A stretch of 64,000 bases of DNA from Bdellovibrionales bacterium (GCA_965205945.1 CBDBIB010000003.1:256001-320000); one strand, 5' to 3'; shown: positions 52,465 through 62,649, counted from the stretch's first letter. The notes: generated from the letters alone by a model not told the origin. Numbers and translations: made by a program.

Positions 52465-53277
52465 ATGAATAAAATCATTCAATTACTATTAATTACAACT
52501 ACCCTATTGAGTTTAGCTGCTTGTGGATCTAGTAGTCCAGATCCTGATTTATGTGTTGGTTCTTCTTGTGGAGCTAGTAAGCCAGATCCTAATCCTAATC
52601 CTAATCCAGACCCTGATTCTGATTTATGTCTTGATTCTTCTCCCACCCCAGGAACCGTGTGTAAGGGTGGAGCAATTTATCTTGGAAGCCTTAGCCCAGG
52701 TGCCACTAATGGTAGTGGAACAGATCGCTATATGACCACCCCTGGGGGTTGTGGAGATATTCCATTAGGAAGTGTTTCAGGAGGTTCGGGGACAAACTCT
52801 TATGCATTAGATGATTTTACAGTGACTTGTTCTGGTACTGATAGTTTACGTAAAAGGTGGAATGGTTCAGATGATTGGTATGATATTCCAGGGCTAGTAA
52901 ACTACACATTAACTACTGGAACTGGTTATGGTGAAATTAATAAAGATGCAAATTACGGTTCAGCGAATACAGATGCAATTGTTGCCATAACTTCACCGGA
53001 TCAAGGGGGTTATCACCCAGCAGCAAGGTACTGTGATAAGCTTGATTATGGTGGTTATGATGATTGGCATTTACCTAACCGCTATGAGCTTAATTTAATG
53101 TACACAAATCGCCTTGTTCTTCCAGGTTTAGATAAGAGGAGTATTAGTGGTATATGGTATTGGTCGTCTACGGAGAACGCTACTGCCTATGCGTGGATCC
53201 AGCGGTTTTATAATGGCCGTCAGGATACCGATGGTAAGGGCGGTTTTCACTTTGTTCGTTGTGTGCGGCGGTTTTGA
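52465..53277 (+). CDS. DUF1566 (Lcl C-terminal, C-type lectin fold) lipoprotein; candidate DGR target
   Basis: LAAC lipobox; PN/PD linker; YC..L.YGGYDDWHLPNRYEL, WYWSSTE, AW and VRCVRR motifs. Confidence 0.85.
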   Translation: MNKIIQLLLITTTLLSLAACGSSSPDPDLCVGSSCGASKPDPNPNPNPDPDSDLCLDSSPTPGTVCKGGAIYLGSLSPGATNGSGTDRYMTTPGGCGDIPLGSVSGGSGTNSYALDDFTVTCSGTDSLRKRWNGSDDWYDIPGLVNYTLTTGTGYGEINKDANYGSANTDAIVAITSPDQGGYHPAARYCDKLDYGGYDDWHLPNRYELNLMYTNRLVLPGLDKRSISGIWYWSSTENATAYAWIQRFYNGRQDTDGKGGFHFVRCVRRF

Positions 53278-53309
53278 GGGTTAAAAGGATTCATGAGCCC
53301 TTTAGTTCT

Positions 53310-53346
53310 TTTATCTTAAGGAGGCTTAAAGCCTCCTTAAGATAAA
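53310..53346. other. Perfect 17-bp stem-loop downstream of the DUF1566 gene (DGR-type hairpin or terminator)
   Basis: TTTATCTTAAGGAGGCT-TAA-AGCCTCCTTAAGATAAA. Confidence 0.8.
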
Positions 53347-53353
53347 CTATTTA

Positions 53354-53691
53354 ACCCGAGTTCGGACTTTTCCCAGGATCTAAGTCCTGTATAAATAGAA
53401 GATCACCTTAAGCCTTTTGTAAGATGTAGTTAATTTTTTACTCTGATCTGAAAAAAGGGGCTGGGAATGATCAAAGAGAACCAAATTATAGAGATTTTTA
53501 CTCTTGTTGACGACTTTATTTTAGGACTAATTTACGAACAGCGCAAACTCACACCCAGCAAAAGGAAGAGGGGTTTTCCCTCTGGGTTATCTGAAGTCAT
53601 CACAATTTCTTTGTTGCTCCAGTTTTCTGGTTTCAGAAATTTTAAAACTTTTTATCCAGGGCTTAGGTTCTGGATAAGTTCGAATTCGGGT
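53354..53691 (+). mobile_element. IS982-derived truncated element
   Basis: ACCCGAGTTCGGACTTTT...AAGTTCGAATTCGGGT; transposase N-terminus including LSEVITISLL.QFSGFRNFKTFY. Confidence 0.85.
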
Positions 53692-54329
53692 TAGATACTA
53701 TCAAGCTGTTTGCAAGGGTGAGCTTTTTTAAATGCATCAAGTTTTAGGCAGTTTTTTTCAATATCTAAAAGCTGTTGAAGGTCTGACATATCAATATCAT
53801 ACCTGTGGGCATTATAAAGCTGTGGAATTAAAAACATATCAGCTGCTGAAGGTTCATCACTTCCTAAAGAAAATAAGGTGTCAGGGGTAAGCTTGGCTTG
53901 ATAGGCTTTTAAACCTTTTTTAATAAAATATTTAGTCCAATCGTTTACTTGTTTTTCACATATATTGTAGTCTTTTTTGAGCTTTTTTAAGACTGTGAGG
54001 TTTTGTAGAGGCTGAGTTCCACTGTTAATGATTTCTATAAGTTCTAAGCATTGCTCAAAATAAGGGAATTCTTTTGGAAAAAGAGGGGATTTAATGTACA
54101 TGCGATCAAGATAGAGAAAGATTGCCGTGCTTTGAGAAAGGGTGATATTTTTATCAATTAGTATAGGAACTTCTTTTTTAGGGTTAAGCTTAGTGTAGTC
54201 TTGAAAAAGATGTTCTCCGCCATTTTTTATAAGATTTATGGGAATGTACTTAAAGGCTAGGTTTTTGTGATTTAGGGCTATTCTAACACGATATGAGCAA
54301 GAGCTCCTATAGTAACTGTAAAGCTTCAT
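53691..54329 (-). CDS. maiA: Maleylacetoacetate isomerase (GST zeta)
   Basis: LYSYYRSSCSYRVRIAL, TQPLQNL and PQLYNAHR motifs. Confidence 0.93.
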   Translation of the reverse strand: MKLYSYYRSSCSYRVRIALNHKNLAFKYIPINLIKNGGEHLFQDYTKLNPKKEVPILIDKNITLSQSTAIFLYLDRMYIKSPLFPKEFPYFEQCLELIEIINSGTQPLQNLTVLKKLKKDYNICEKQVNDWTKYFIKKGLKAYQAKLTPDTLFSLGSDEPSAADMFLIPQLYNAHRYDIDMSDLQQLLDIEKNCLKLDAFKKAHPCKQLDSI

Positions 54330-54381
54330 AATTTGTCCTTTTCAAAGATTTTTGGTATGTCTTATCAAAATAGGAGTATAT

Positions 54382-55359
54382 GTGAAACTAGGAAGTTTAA
54401 AAAGTTCGAATAAAGATGGTCAGCTGGTTGTTGTGAGTAAAGATACAAAAAGGGCTGTTGTGGTTTCTCAAATTTCAGAAACACTTTTAAACGCTATTGA
54501 GAACTGGGAGTTATTAAAGCCTAAGCTTAAGGAAGTTTATACAAATTTAAATAAAGGGACTGTTGAAGGTGAGTTTTTAGTAGATCAAACAAAATTCCAT
54601 TCACCTTTGCCAAGAACTTGGCAGTGGTTAGATGGGTCAGCATTTATTCATCATATTAAGTTGGTGAGAATGGCTAGAAATGCTTCTATGCCAGAAACGT
54701 TAAAAACAGTTCCTTTGATGTATCAAGGGGGAAGCGACGCTTTTTTAGCTCCAACCCAAGATATTCCACAAATTGATTTTTCACATGGAACTGATTTTGA
54801 AGGTGAAGTTGGAGTCATCCTAAAAGATACAAAAATGGGTATAAAAGAAGCTAATGCTTTAAAGAATGTGGCTCTTATTACAATGATTAATGATGTTTCG
54901 TTAAGAGGTTTAATCCCTGCAGAACTTCTTAATGGTTTTGGTTTTATGCAGTCTAAACCATCTAGTGCATTTGGGCCTTTTGCGGTAACACCGGATGAGC
55001 TTGGTGATGCGTGGATTAATGGTAAAATTGAATTGCCGCTCCATGTTAAATTAAATGATGATTTTTTTGGTAAAGCTAATGGAAAGGAAATGTTTTTTGG
55101 TTTTGGAAGGCTTATTGAGCATGCTGCAAAAACTAGAGATCTAATGGCAGGGACAGTTATTGGGAGTGGAACAATTTCTAATGAAAATACTGAGATGGGT
55201 TCTAGTTGTTTGGCTGAAAAAAGAATGCTTGAGAAAATTAATGATGGGGAGTTTAAAACTCCATTTATGAAAGACGGAGACCGTGTGAAAATGGAGATGT
55301 TTGATCAAGAGGGTAATTCTTTGTTTGGTCAAATTAACCAGAAGGTTTTAAAAGTTTAG
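54382..55359 (+). CDS. Fumarylacetoacetate hydrolase family protein
   Basis: SPLPRTWQWLDGSA, PLMYQGGSD, DFEGE, NDVSLR, QSKP and GSGTISN motifs; GTG start with AGGAG RBS. Confidence 0.9.
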   Translation: MKLGSLKSSNKDGQLVVVSKDTKRAVVVSQISETLLNAIENWELLKPKLKEVYTNLNKGTVEGEFLVDQTKFHSPLPRTWQWLDGSAFIHHIKLVRMARNASMPETLKTVPLMYQGGSDAFLAPTQDIPQIDFSHGTDFEGEVGVILKDTKMGIKEANALKNVALITMINDVSLRGLIPAELLNGFGFMQSKPSSAFGPFAVTPDELGDAWINGKIELPLHVKLNDDFFGKANGKEMFFGFGRLIEHAAKTRDLMAGTVIGSGTISNENTEMGSSCLAEKRMLEKINDGEFKTPFMKDGDRVKMEMFDQEGNSLFGQINQKVLKV

Positions 55360-55908
55360 ATGTTAAAATTATTTTTAATAAAAACCGAAATCTCGTTATT
55401 AAAATCTTAGGCCTTTGGGTTTAGAGAGAAAACTCTTTTTTTAGAGTTAGAGATTTAAGAGAATAAAAACAGAGTGTTGTTAGAGTTTTTAGTGAGTTAA
55501 TCTAGGGGGCTTAGCGTAAGAAATTTGCTTGCTGGGGCGTGTGAGGGATCAGCCAGAGTTCTTGTCTATTTAAAGTGTTGTAAATATCTCCTTAGCCATA
55601 GATAATAAAGGAATTAAAGAGTCTTCCTTAAAAAAAGAATCTAAAATTATAAACTCTACAAAGACTAGTGATTCTTTAATTATAAAACAAACTGCTCTTA
55701 AAAAAAAGAATATAAAAAACAAAGAAGCTTCATACAAAGTTGATCCAAAGGATTTTAAACAAACCCTTATCCAGGGTAAAACAAAAACAAAAAATGTTGT
55801 AAAAAAAATAAAAATATAACTAGAAGTTTAACATCTTTAATAAATAATAAAGCTCTTTTAAAAGAAGCTTTATTAGATGATAATAATAAAGATTCTATAT
55901 TTTATGGA

Positions 55909-56895
55909 ATGACAGATCTTCAAAAAAGCTTATGTAAGAAGGTTCTTAAATCTGGAGATGAGAAGGGAATTAGGGCTGCGTGCCTTCAATCAATAAATGC
56001 TGCATGGTTTCTGGATCGAGACAATTCTATGTCTGATGTAAATGATGATGCAAGCAAAGCACTTTATATATTATCAAGCAAAAGAGGACGAGTAGTGCTT
56101 ACTCAAATTTGTCCTGGAGTTTTTGTAACTGTAGCACATGCAGCAATTTCTAATAAGGTTTTATCTTATAAAGGGGAAGCTTTAAAAAAATTTTTAGCAA
56201 GTAGGGCTGGAGAAAGAATTAGAATTTATTCTTTTCCTTACACACGAGGCAAATATTTTAACGGAGAGTCTATAAACTTTGAGTATTTTGGAGAACGCTT
56301 AAGTAAACCTGAAGCTTTTAATAACCCTTTTGATGGCTATTTAATATTAAAATTAAAACCATTAGAGGCAAAAGCCTACGCAAAATCTAAGGGGTTTAGG
56401 TACAATCCTGAGTATTATATTACCCCAGTGTCAGCTTTTGCTGAAAAAATTAAAAGGGCTTCTGATAATAAAGAAATTGATATTCACCTTTATAGAGGAA
56501 GAACACGGTTTAATTTTGATAACGAAGCTAAAACTCCTGTTATTAATGAGGAAGGTCACTTTTAGGCAAGGACTATGTCACCATTTTTAAGTAAGATTTT
56601 TGATGTACCTCAAAGAGTTAATGTACGGTGTGAAATTGGATTTGGTGGCAGGAATTTTATAAGACATTCATGTCCAACAGAAAATGGAGTGTTTTCGAGT
56701 CCTTATATTTTTAAAAAGAATAAAAAGTTTTATTTAGTTGGTATTCATCACAGCGGAAACGGTAGGCGTGAAGAAAAATTTTATAATAATCATAATGGAA
56801 GTGCTACTTGCTTACTATCTGCTGCTTTTTGTAAAGATTATGAAAAAGCTTGTGGTAAACCCTGCTTAACTTTAGAAAAAGTGCTTTCTATATAA
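55909..56895 (+). pseudogene. Trypsin-like serine protease pseudogene
   Basis: FVTVAHA (His motif), CPTENGVFSSP (degenerate GxSG), LVGIHHSG; in-frame TAG at 56563-56565. Confidence 0.6.
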
Positions 56896-57493
56896 AAACT
56901 TAACTCTTATGTATTATTTATCTGACAATCTAGAGTTAAATTTTTGTTTTTTAAAGACTCTGAGCCTGCAACTATGTGAAAATATAAACTCTTTGAGGTA
57001 CATCAAATAAGTGTAAATTTAGAAGAAAATAGGGTAAATCAATTCTGGTCTTTCCAAATGGAGAATGTGGCACTCATCATTGAGAGCTGCAACTTTAAAT
57101 GTGCAGGACAGCCTTTATATTTTAGGGCCAATGAGGCATTGTTGCCTTCATGGGCTTTACTGAGATCTTCTCCATTTGCATCCATAAGAATTTGATGTGG
57201 GGAATGAGCTTAGCTCTTAAGTACATAAGTGGTCTGCTTGATCTTTTAGTGATTAGCTCTCCATGATCTAAGAGCTTTCCTTTTTCAATTTTACAAGCTG
57301 TCTCACATGTAGATAGTACGGCTATTAGGTAATTATCAACTTCTTGGTGTTTCATATATGGTCTAGACTCTAGACCAAGTGAGAGTCTCATAAAACGCCA
57401 CACAGCCTCTCGGTATTGTAATAATGGGTCAATTCGGTCAATTCGAATTAATGCGGAATAAATTTAAATTTTTTAATAGTTTATTCCGATAAT

Positions 57494-59203
57494 ATGATTA
57501 TGGGTGTAAGTAAGAAAAGTAGCTCATCAAAAAAGATACAAGAAAATATAGGCGAAACAAGTCTATTTGAGAAAGTTTGTACACATGAGCTTTTCTCTAA
57601 AATTCCTGAAATGTGTTTGCCTTATTCTGTAAAATCTAATTCAAAAGGTAAAATTTTTTATTTAAATGAAAATTTTTGCTATGAGCTAGGAATACTTGGT
57701 AAAAATTTTTCAGGAAAAGATTTAAGTTTTTTAAAAAAAGAAATTCTTGAGTTTTTTAATTTACAAATTATAAACGATTATGATAGATTAAATCATACAA
57801 GCATCAGTTCAGAAAATGTTAAACCTTATTTTTGTTTTGCAACAAGGTACCTACAACTCCAACATAAAAGCACTTTAGGAAAAACCTCTGGAGATGGCAG
57901 AGCTATTTGGAACGGAACGATTTCAAACAAGGGAAAGGTTTGGGATATAAGTTCACGGGGAACAGGGGTGACCTCTTTAGCTCCTGGAATAGTTGAGGCG
58001 GGAAAACCTTTACCCACAGGAACAACTGAATATGGTTATTCTTGTGGACTTTCTGAATTAAAAGAAATTTATACCTCTATTATAATGAGTGAGCGTTTTT
58101 ATAAATTAGGTTTTTCAACTGAACGTATTATTGCAGGTATTGATATTGGAAATGGTTATGGTGTTTGTGTTAGAGCTTCCGAAAACTTAATTAGACCAGC
58201 GCATCTTTTTAGGTATTTAAAGTTAAATGATCATAATGGGTCTAAAATTCTTTTAGATCATATTATTGATAGAGATTTTAAAAATAAAAAAATAGATTTT
58301 AATACTCAAGATAAAAACTGCTATGATAAGTATTTAGAGTATTTTTGTGAAAACTTTATAGCCTTATGCGCTAAAAGTAAATACCTAGAAGTTTTTGTAT
58401 GGCTTGATTGGGATGGTGATAATATTCTTATTGATGGTGGTATAATTGATTATGGGAGTGTTCGGCATTTTGGTGCACATCACAATAAGTATAAATATAA
58501 TGATGATGGACGTTATTCCACAAATTTAGATGAGCAAATTAAAAAAACTCAGTTCACTGTTCAAGTTTTTTGTCAACTTGTTGATTTTGTTAAAACCTCT
58601 GAAAAAAAGCCTCTTAATATCTTTAAAAATAATGCTCTTATTAAAAATTTTAATAAAATGGTTTTTAAAAAAGAAATTTCATATTTTTTAAAAGATTTAG
58701 GGCTTTCAAAATTAAAAATTAAGAGGGCTCTTTCTTGGCATAGTAAAAAATCTCGTGTACTTTATGAATCTTTTTTAAAACTTAAGCAAAAAAAAGCCTC
58801 TAAAACCATGCCCTGTGCTGATGGTCTTAATGCTTGGCCTGTTTTTAATGTAAATCATATGCTATCTGATCTTAAAAATATTTCTAAAGAATCTGATCTT
58901 GATAAATTTAAAACTGAATTTACTAGTTTCACACATAATAAAAACATTTCTAAGTTAGAAGTTCTTAATTTTATAAAACAGGTTGAGGATTTAGAGAGTG
59001 ACATAAAATTTAAATTCAAGTACTTAGGAGATGCAAAAATTAGGCTTACAACAGCAGCTATTTTACATATTGTAGATTTAATTGCAGACTCCAAATCTGA
59101 AGCTGAAAAGCAAAAAAAACTTAATTCTTGCATAGAATATGGTTATTCAAAAAATAACTCTTGGATCACTGCAATTAAAGACCTTTACCGCGATGAGTTG
59201 TAG
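57494..59203 (+). CDS. SelO/YdiU-like protein adenylyltransferase family (divergent)
   Basis: SGDGRAI, RGTGVT, IRPAHL and DNILIDGGIIDYGS motifs. Confidence 0.7.
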   Translation: MIMGVSKKSSSSKKIQENIGETSLFEKVCTHELFSKIPEMCLPYSVKSNSKGKIFYLNENFCYELGILGKNFSGKDLSFLKKEILEFFNLQIINDYDRLNHTSISSENVKPYFCFATRYLQLQHKSTLGKTSGDGRAIWNGTISNKGKVWDISSRGTGVTSLAPGIVEAGKPLPTGTTEYGYSCGLSELKEIYTSIIMSERFYKLGFSTERIIAGIDIGNGYGVCVRASENLIRPAHLFRYLKLNDHNGSKILLDHIIDRDFKNKKIDFNTQDKNCYDKYLEYFCENFIALCAKSKYLEVFVWLDWDGDNILIDGGIIDYGSVRHFGAHHNKYKYNDDGRYSTNLDEQIKKTQFTVQVFCQLVDFVKTSEKKPLNIFKNNALIKNFNKMVFKKEISYFLKDLGLSKLKIKRALSWHSKKSRVLYESFLKLKQKKASKTMPCADGLNAWPVFNVNHMLSDLKNISKESDLDKFKTEFTSFTHNKNISKLEVLNFIKQVEDLESDIKFKFKYLGDAKIRLTTAAILHIVDLIADSKSEAEKQKKLNSCIEYGYSKNNSWITAIKDLYRDEL

Positions 59204-59275
59204 CTTAAAGTTGGTTTAATCCCTTACAGTATTGCTAATATTGCATTTAAATATTTCTCAAAGTAAAGATAGCTT

Positions 59276-60700
59276 ATGAGAGAAATTCCAAATCATCTAT
59301 TAAGGTATACGGTAGAGCAAGATTATTCGCTCTATACTTTTGAAGATCAAGCTGTTTGGCGCTTTATTATGAGACAACTTTTTTCTTATTTAAAAGACTA
59401 TGCTCATCCATCTTATGTTCAAGGGCTTAAAAAAACAGGTATTCGTATTGATACTATTCCTAATATATTAGAAATGGATAAAATGTTGTCTAGCTTTGGA
59501 TGGAGAGCTGTTCCTGTGAGTGGTTTCATTCCTCCAGTAGCATTCATGTCTTTTCAGGCTCATAAAATATTGCCTATTGCTTGTGAAATGAGATCCATTG
59601 AGCACATTTTATACACTCCAGCACCAGATATTGTTCATGAAGCCGCTGGACATGCTCCTATACTTATTGATAAAGATTTTACAGAATATCTTAATGCCTA
59701 TGCAAGCATTGCGCAAAAAGCAATCATAAGTTCTGAAGATATAGCATTATATGAGGCAATTAGAGATCTTAGCGATTTAAAAGAAGCATGTAAAAGTAGG
59801 GTGCAAGAAATTAAAAAAGCTAAAGATCATTTAAATAAGACTATAAAGAATATGACGTATGTTTCTGAAGCACAGTTGTTAGGGCGCATGAACTGGTGGA
59901 CTGCTGAGTATGGTTTAATTGGGGAGCTTTTAAATCCTAAACTCTTTGGTGCAGGCCTACTCTCCTCAATTAGTGAAGCACGAAATGCGCTTACTAAGCC
60001 TAAGCTTATAGAGTTTAATATAAACTGTCTAAACTTTTCTTATGATATTACAGAGCCCCAACCCCAGCTTTTTGTAGCTAAGAATTTTGAGTCTTTGATT
60101 TCTTCTTTAAAAAAAATGAGCACCTCTATGGCTTTTGTCCTTGGAGGAGAGCAGGGGCTTAGGAAGGCAAAAAAAGCAAAGTCAGTCTGTACAGTTGAAA
60201 CTTCTAGTGGTGAATCGTATAGTGGAATCATTTTGGATTATTCTTTAGATAAAGATCAAAATATTCTTTCTTTAAAAGTTCAATCCCCATGTTTAAAAAA
60301 TAACACTAAACTTATTAAAGAAGATTGTTTTTTTAAGTTTAATCAGATTACGAAAGTGACTTCTGTTTATGGAGGCCCTTCTTCTTATATTAAGTACCCA
60401 GAGTTTGAAGATTTTGCGGCGAAAAAAGTTTCTAAAAACCCTATTAAAAATAATGAAACTGAAGAGCTTTTAAAAGATATTAGAAATCTTAGAACTTTAA
60501 ACAACTTGGATTCTAAAAAAATTAAAGAACTTAAAGCTCGTTACTTTAAACACTCTAGCAACCACTGGCTTGCAGGTCTTGAAATTTTAGAGCTTGAAAA
60601 TTCTGGTACTCTAAGAGCTCATCTATTGGATTTTAAAAAAACCTGTAAAAGTCCTGACACTCAAGAGTGTATTGGGCTAGGTCTTTATCTAGTTTCTTAG
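59276..60700 (+). CDS. phhA: Phenylalanine 4-hydroxylase (long form)
   Basis: YTPAPDIVHEAAGHAP, WWTAEYGL, GAGLLSS and YDITEPQPQLFV motifs. Confidence 0.92.
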   Translation: MREIPNHLLRYTVEQDYSLYTFEDQAVWRFIMRQLFSYLKDYAHPSYVQGLKKTGIRIDTIPNILEMDKMLSSFGWRAVPVSGFIPPVAFMSFQAHKILPIACEMRSIEHILYTPAPDIVHEAAGHAPILIDKDFTEYLNAYASIAQKAIISSEDIALYEAIRDLSDLKEACKSRVQEIKKAKDHLNKTIKNMTYVSEAQLLGRMNWWTAEYGLIGELLNPKLFGAGLLSSISEARNALTKPKLIEFNINCLNFSYDITEPQPQLFVAKNFESLISSLKKMSTSMAFVLGGEQGLRKAKKAKSVCTVETSSGESYSGIILDYSLDKDQNILSLKVQSPCLKNNTKLIKEDCFFKFNQITKVTSVYGGPSSYIKYPEFEDFAAKKVSKNPIKNNETEELLKDIRNLRTLNNLDSKKIKELKARYFKHSSNHWLAGLEILELENSGTLRAHLLDFKKTCKSPDTQECIGLGLYLVS

Positions 60701-61486
60701 ATGGCTAATTTTCAAAATTTATATATCCATACGGTTTTAGTCAGACCCATTTACTCGGGCAACGTAGGTCAGGCTGTAAGGGCGACAATGAATATGGGGT
60801 ATGGTAAACTCTTTTTAATTAATCCTCAGTGTGAGGTTAATATGTTTGCAAGAAAGGGTGCTGCTGGAGCTCAAAAAGAATTAAAAGAACATACCGTTTA
60901 TAATAACTGGGAGGAGTTTAATAATGCTCATCCAGGTAGTTTTAGAATAGGTTTAACTAGGCGTATAGGAAAGAATCGAAAACTTTTTTCATTTGAAACT
61001 GGGGTTGAAAATTTTTTTGAATCACTTATAGATAAAAAAGAAAAAACTTCCATGTTTAAAAAAGAATTCTTTTTAGTATTTGGCCCTGAGGATCATGGTC
61101 TAGCTACAAAGGATCTAGACTCAGTTAATATTTCTTGCTACTTGCCTTTGTATGGGGACTTTAAAAGTTTAAACCTTTCTCAGGCTACTCTTTTGTCTCA
61201 ATATATTGCTCACTCTGTATATTTTAATAAATTCTCAAAAAAATTTAAAATGACTTTTAAAAATAAGGAAAAAGAGGATTTTTTTAAAAATGCTGTTAGT
61301 GAAGAATTCTTTCCTGATGAGGTTCTTTTTTTATGGCTTAAGAGTATAGGTTTTAAAATAGATTTTAAAAAAATGAATGCTTTTAAAACCATTAAGAGAA
61401 TGATTCTTAGGGGTTTTCCAAGTCAAAAAGAGCTTACAACTTTTGAAAAAGCCTTAAGGCAAGCTATAAAATTAATTAAAAAATAA
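60701..61486 (+). CDS. TrmJ/LasT-like SPOUT RNA methyltransferase
   Basis: GNVGQAVRATMNMG, VFGPEDHGL and SLNLSQA motifs. Confidence 0.85.
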   Translation: MANFQNLYIHTVLVRPIYSGNVGQAVRATMNMGYGKLFLINPQCEVNMFARKGAAGAQKELKEHTVYNNWEEFNNAHPGSFRIGLTRRIGKNRKLFSFETGVENFFESLIDKKEKTSMFKKEFFLVFGPEDHGLATKDLDSVNISCYLPLYGDFKSLNLSQATLLSQYIAHSVYFNKFSKKFKMTFKNKEKEDFFKNAVSEEFFPDEVLFLWLKSIGFKIDFKKMNAFKTIKRMILRGFPSQKELTTFEKALRQAIKLIKK

Positions 61487-61491
61487 ATTAT

Positions 61492-62643
61492 TTAATCAAA
61501 AAGTTTATCAATAAGCTCATCACCATGAATGGGATTTAATGTATAAGGCGTAAAATTTGGATTTTTTTTTAAAGAATCAACATTTATTTTAGTAAAACCT
61601 TTGCCTCCTTTAGGATGCTTAATGGATAAAAACCCTCTTGTTTCTAATTTTTTTCTAGATTTATAAACTGAGATTCTATTAAAGATTTTTTGCCTTATAA
61701 ATTGAGAGATCGTAAACGCGCCACCCTCAACAAGTATTGACTGAAAATTATATATTTTATAAAAATCTTTTGAAAGCCTACGTAAATCCCACTCTTTTTT
61801 TAAATTCACATGCAGTTTTAAAAATGAGTATCCACGGGTTTTTTGAGGAAGGTTTTTACAAAGAAAGATAATATTTTCTTTACTCCTAACATGTAAAATC
61901 TTTTTATTTTCTATATTTGTTAAGCTTTTAAGATCTGGATCAAAAATAATTACTTTAAGCGGTTTTTCATAACCTTTTTTCCTAACATCTAAGCTTGGGT
62001 TATCCGACTCCAATGTTCTTCTGCCAATTAAAACGGCCTGACTCTGAGCCCTAAGATAGTGTGAGTGCTCTTGAGACTGTAAACTAGTGATCCAAGGATT
62101 TCCCTGTCTTACGGCTGTCTTTTTATCGGCACTTTCAGCCCATTTTAGGTGAATATAGGTTCTTTTATTTTCAAAAGCATAAAAAAACTTATGATTTAAT
62201 TCTCTATTTAATTTAAAATATTTATTATCTCCTTGAACAACTTTAATTCCAGCTTGTTGGATTTTTAAAAGGCCTTTTCCTGACACCAAAGGATTTGGGT
62301 CTTTTGTAATATATATGAGTTTTTTAGGTTTTTTAGCAATAATTAAATCAGCGCATGGCGATGTTTTCCCATAATGTGAACAAGGCTCTAAAGTTACAAC
62401 TAACGTTAAACCTTTTGCTGAACTAACGTTTTGTAAACAGTTTGCTTCAGCATGGGCTCCACCATATTTTTGATGGTGGCCAAAAGAGATAAGCTTATTG
62501 GTATTTTCGTTAAAAAGAACTGAGCCCACAGAAGGGTTGGGCTCAACTAAGCCTACACCTTGAGCTGCAAGCTGTAAGGAAAACCTTAAAGCCTCATCTA
62601 AGCTTATATGGTCACCAACTTGGCAATTAATTGGCCTTAGCAT
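61492..62643 (-). CDS. ribD: Bifunctional riboflavin deaminase/reductase
   Basis: PNPSVG, HAEANCL, TLEPCSHYGKTSPC, DNPSLDVR and LVEGG motifs. Confidence 0.93.
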   Translation of the reverse strand: MLRPINCQVGDHISLDEALRFSLQLAAQGVGLVEPNPSVGSVLFNENTNKLISFGHHQKYGGAHAEANCLQNVSSAKGLTLVVTLEPCSHYGKTSPCADLIIAKKPKKLIYITKDPNPLVSGKGLLKIQQAGIKVVQGDNKYFKLNRELNHKFFYAFENKRTYIHLKWAESADKKTAVRQGNPWITSLQSQEHSHYLRAQSQAVLIGRRTLESDNPSLDVRKKGYEKPLKVIIFDPDLKSLTNIENKKILHVRSKENIIFLCKNLPQKTRGYSFLKLHVNLKKEWDLRRLSKDFYKIYNFQSILVEGGAFTISQFIRQKIFNRISVYKSRKKLETRGFLSIKHPKGGKGFTKINVDSLKKNPNFTPYTLNPIHGDELIDKLFD

Positions 62644-62649
62644 TTAATT

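Noticed and set aside
52580..52620. CCTAAT/CCAGAT short repeats as a phase-variation tract
   Set aside because: In-frame 6-bp units encoding a Pro-Asn/Asp linker; they would not shift the frame.
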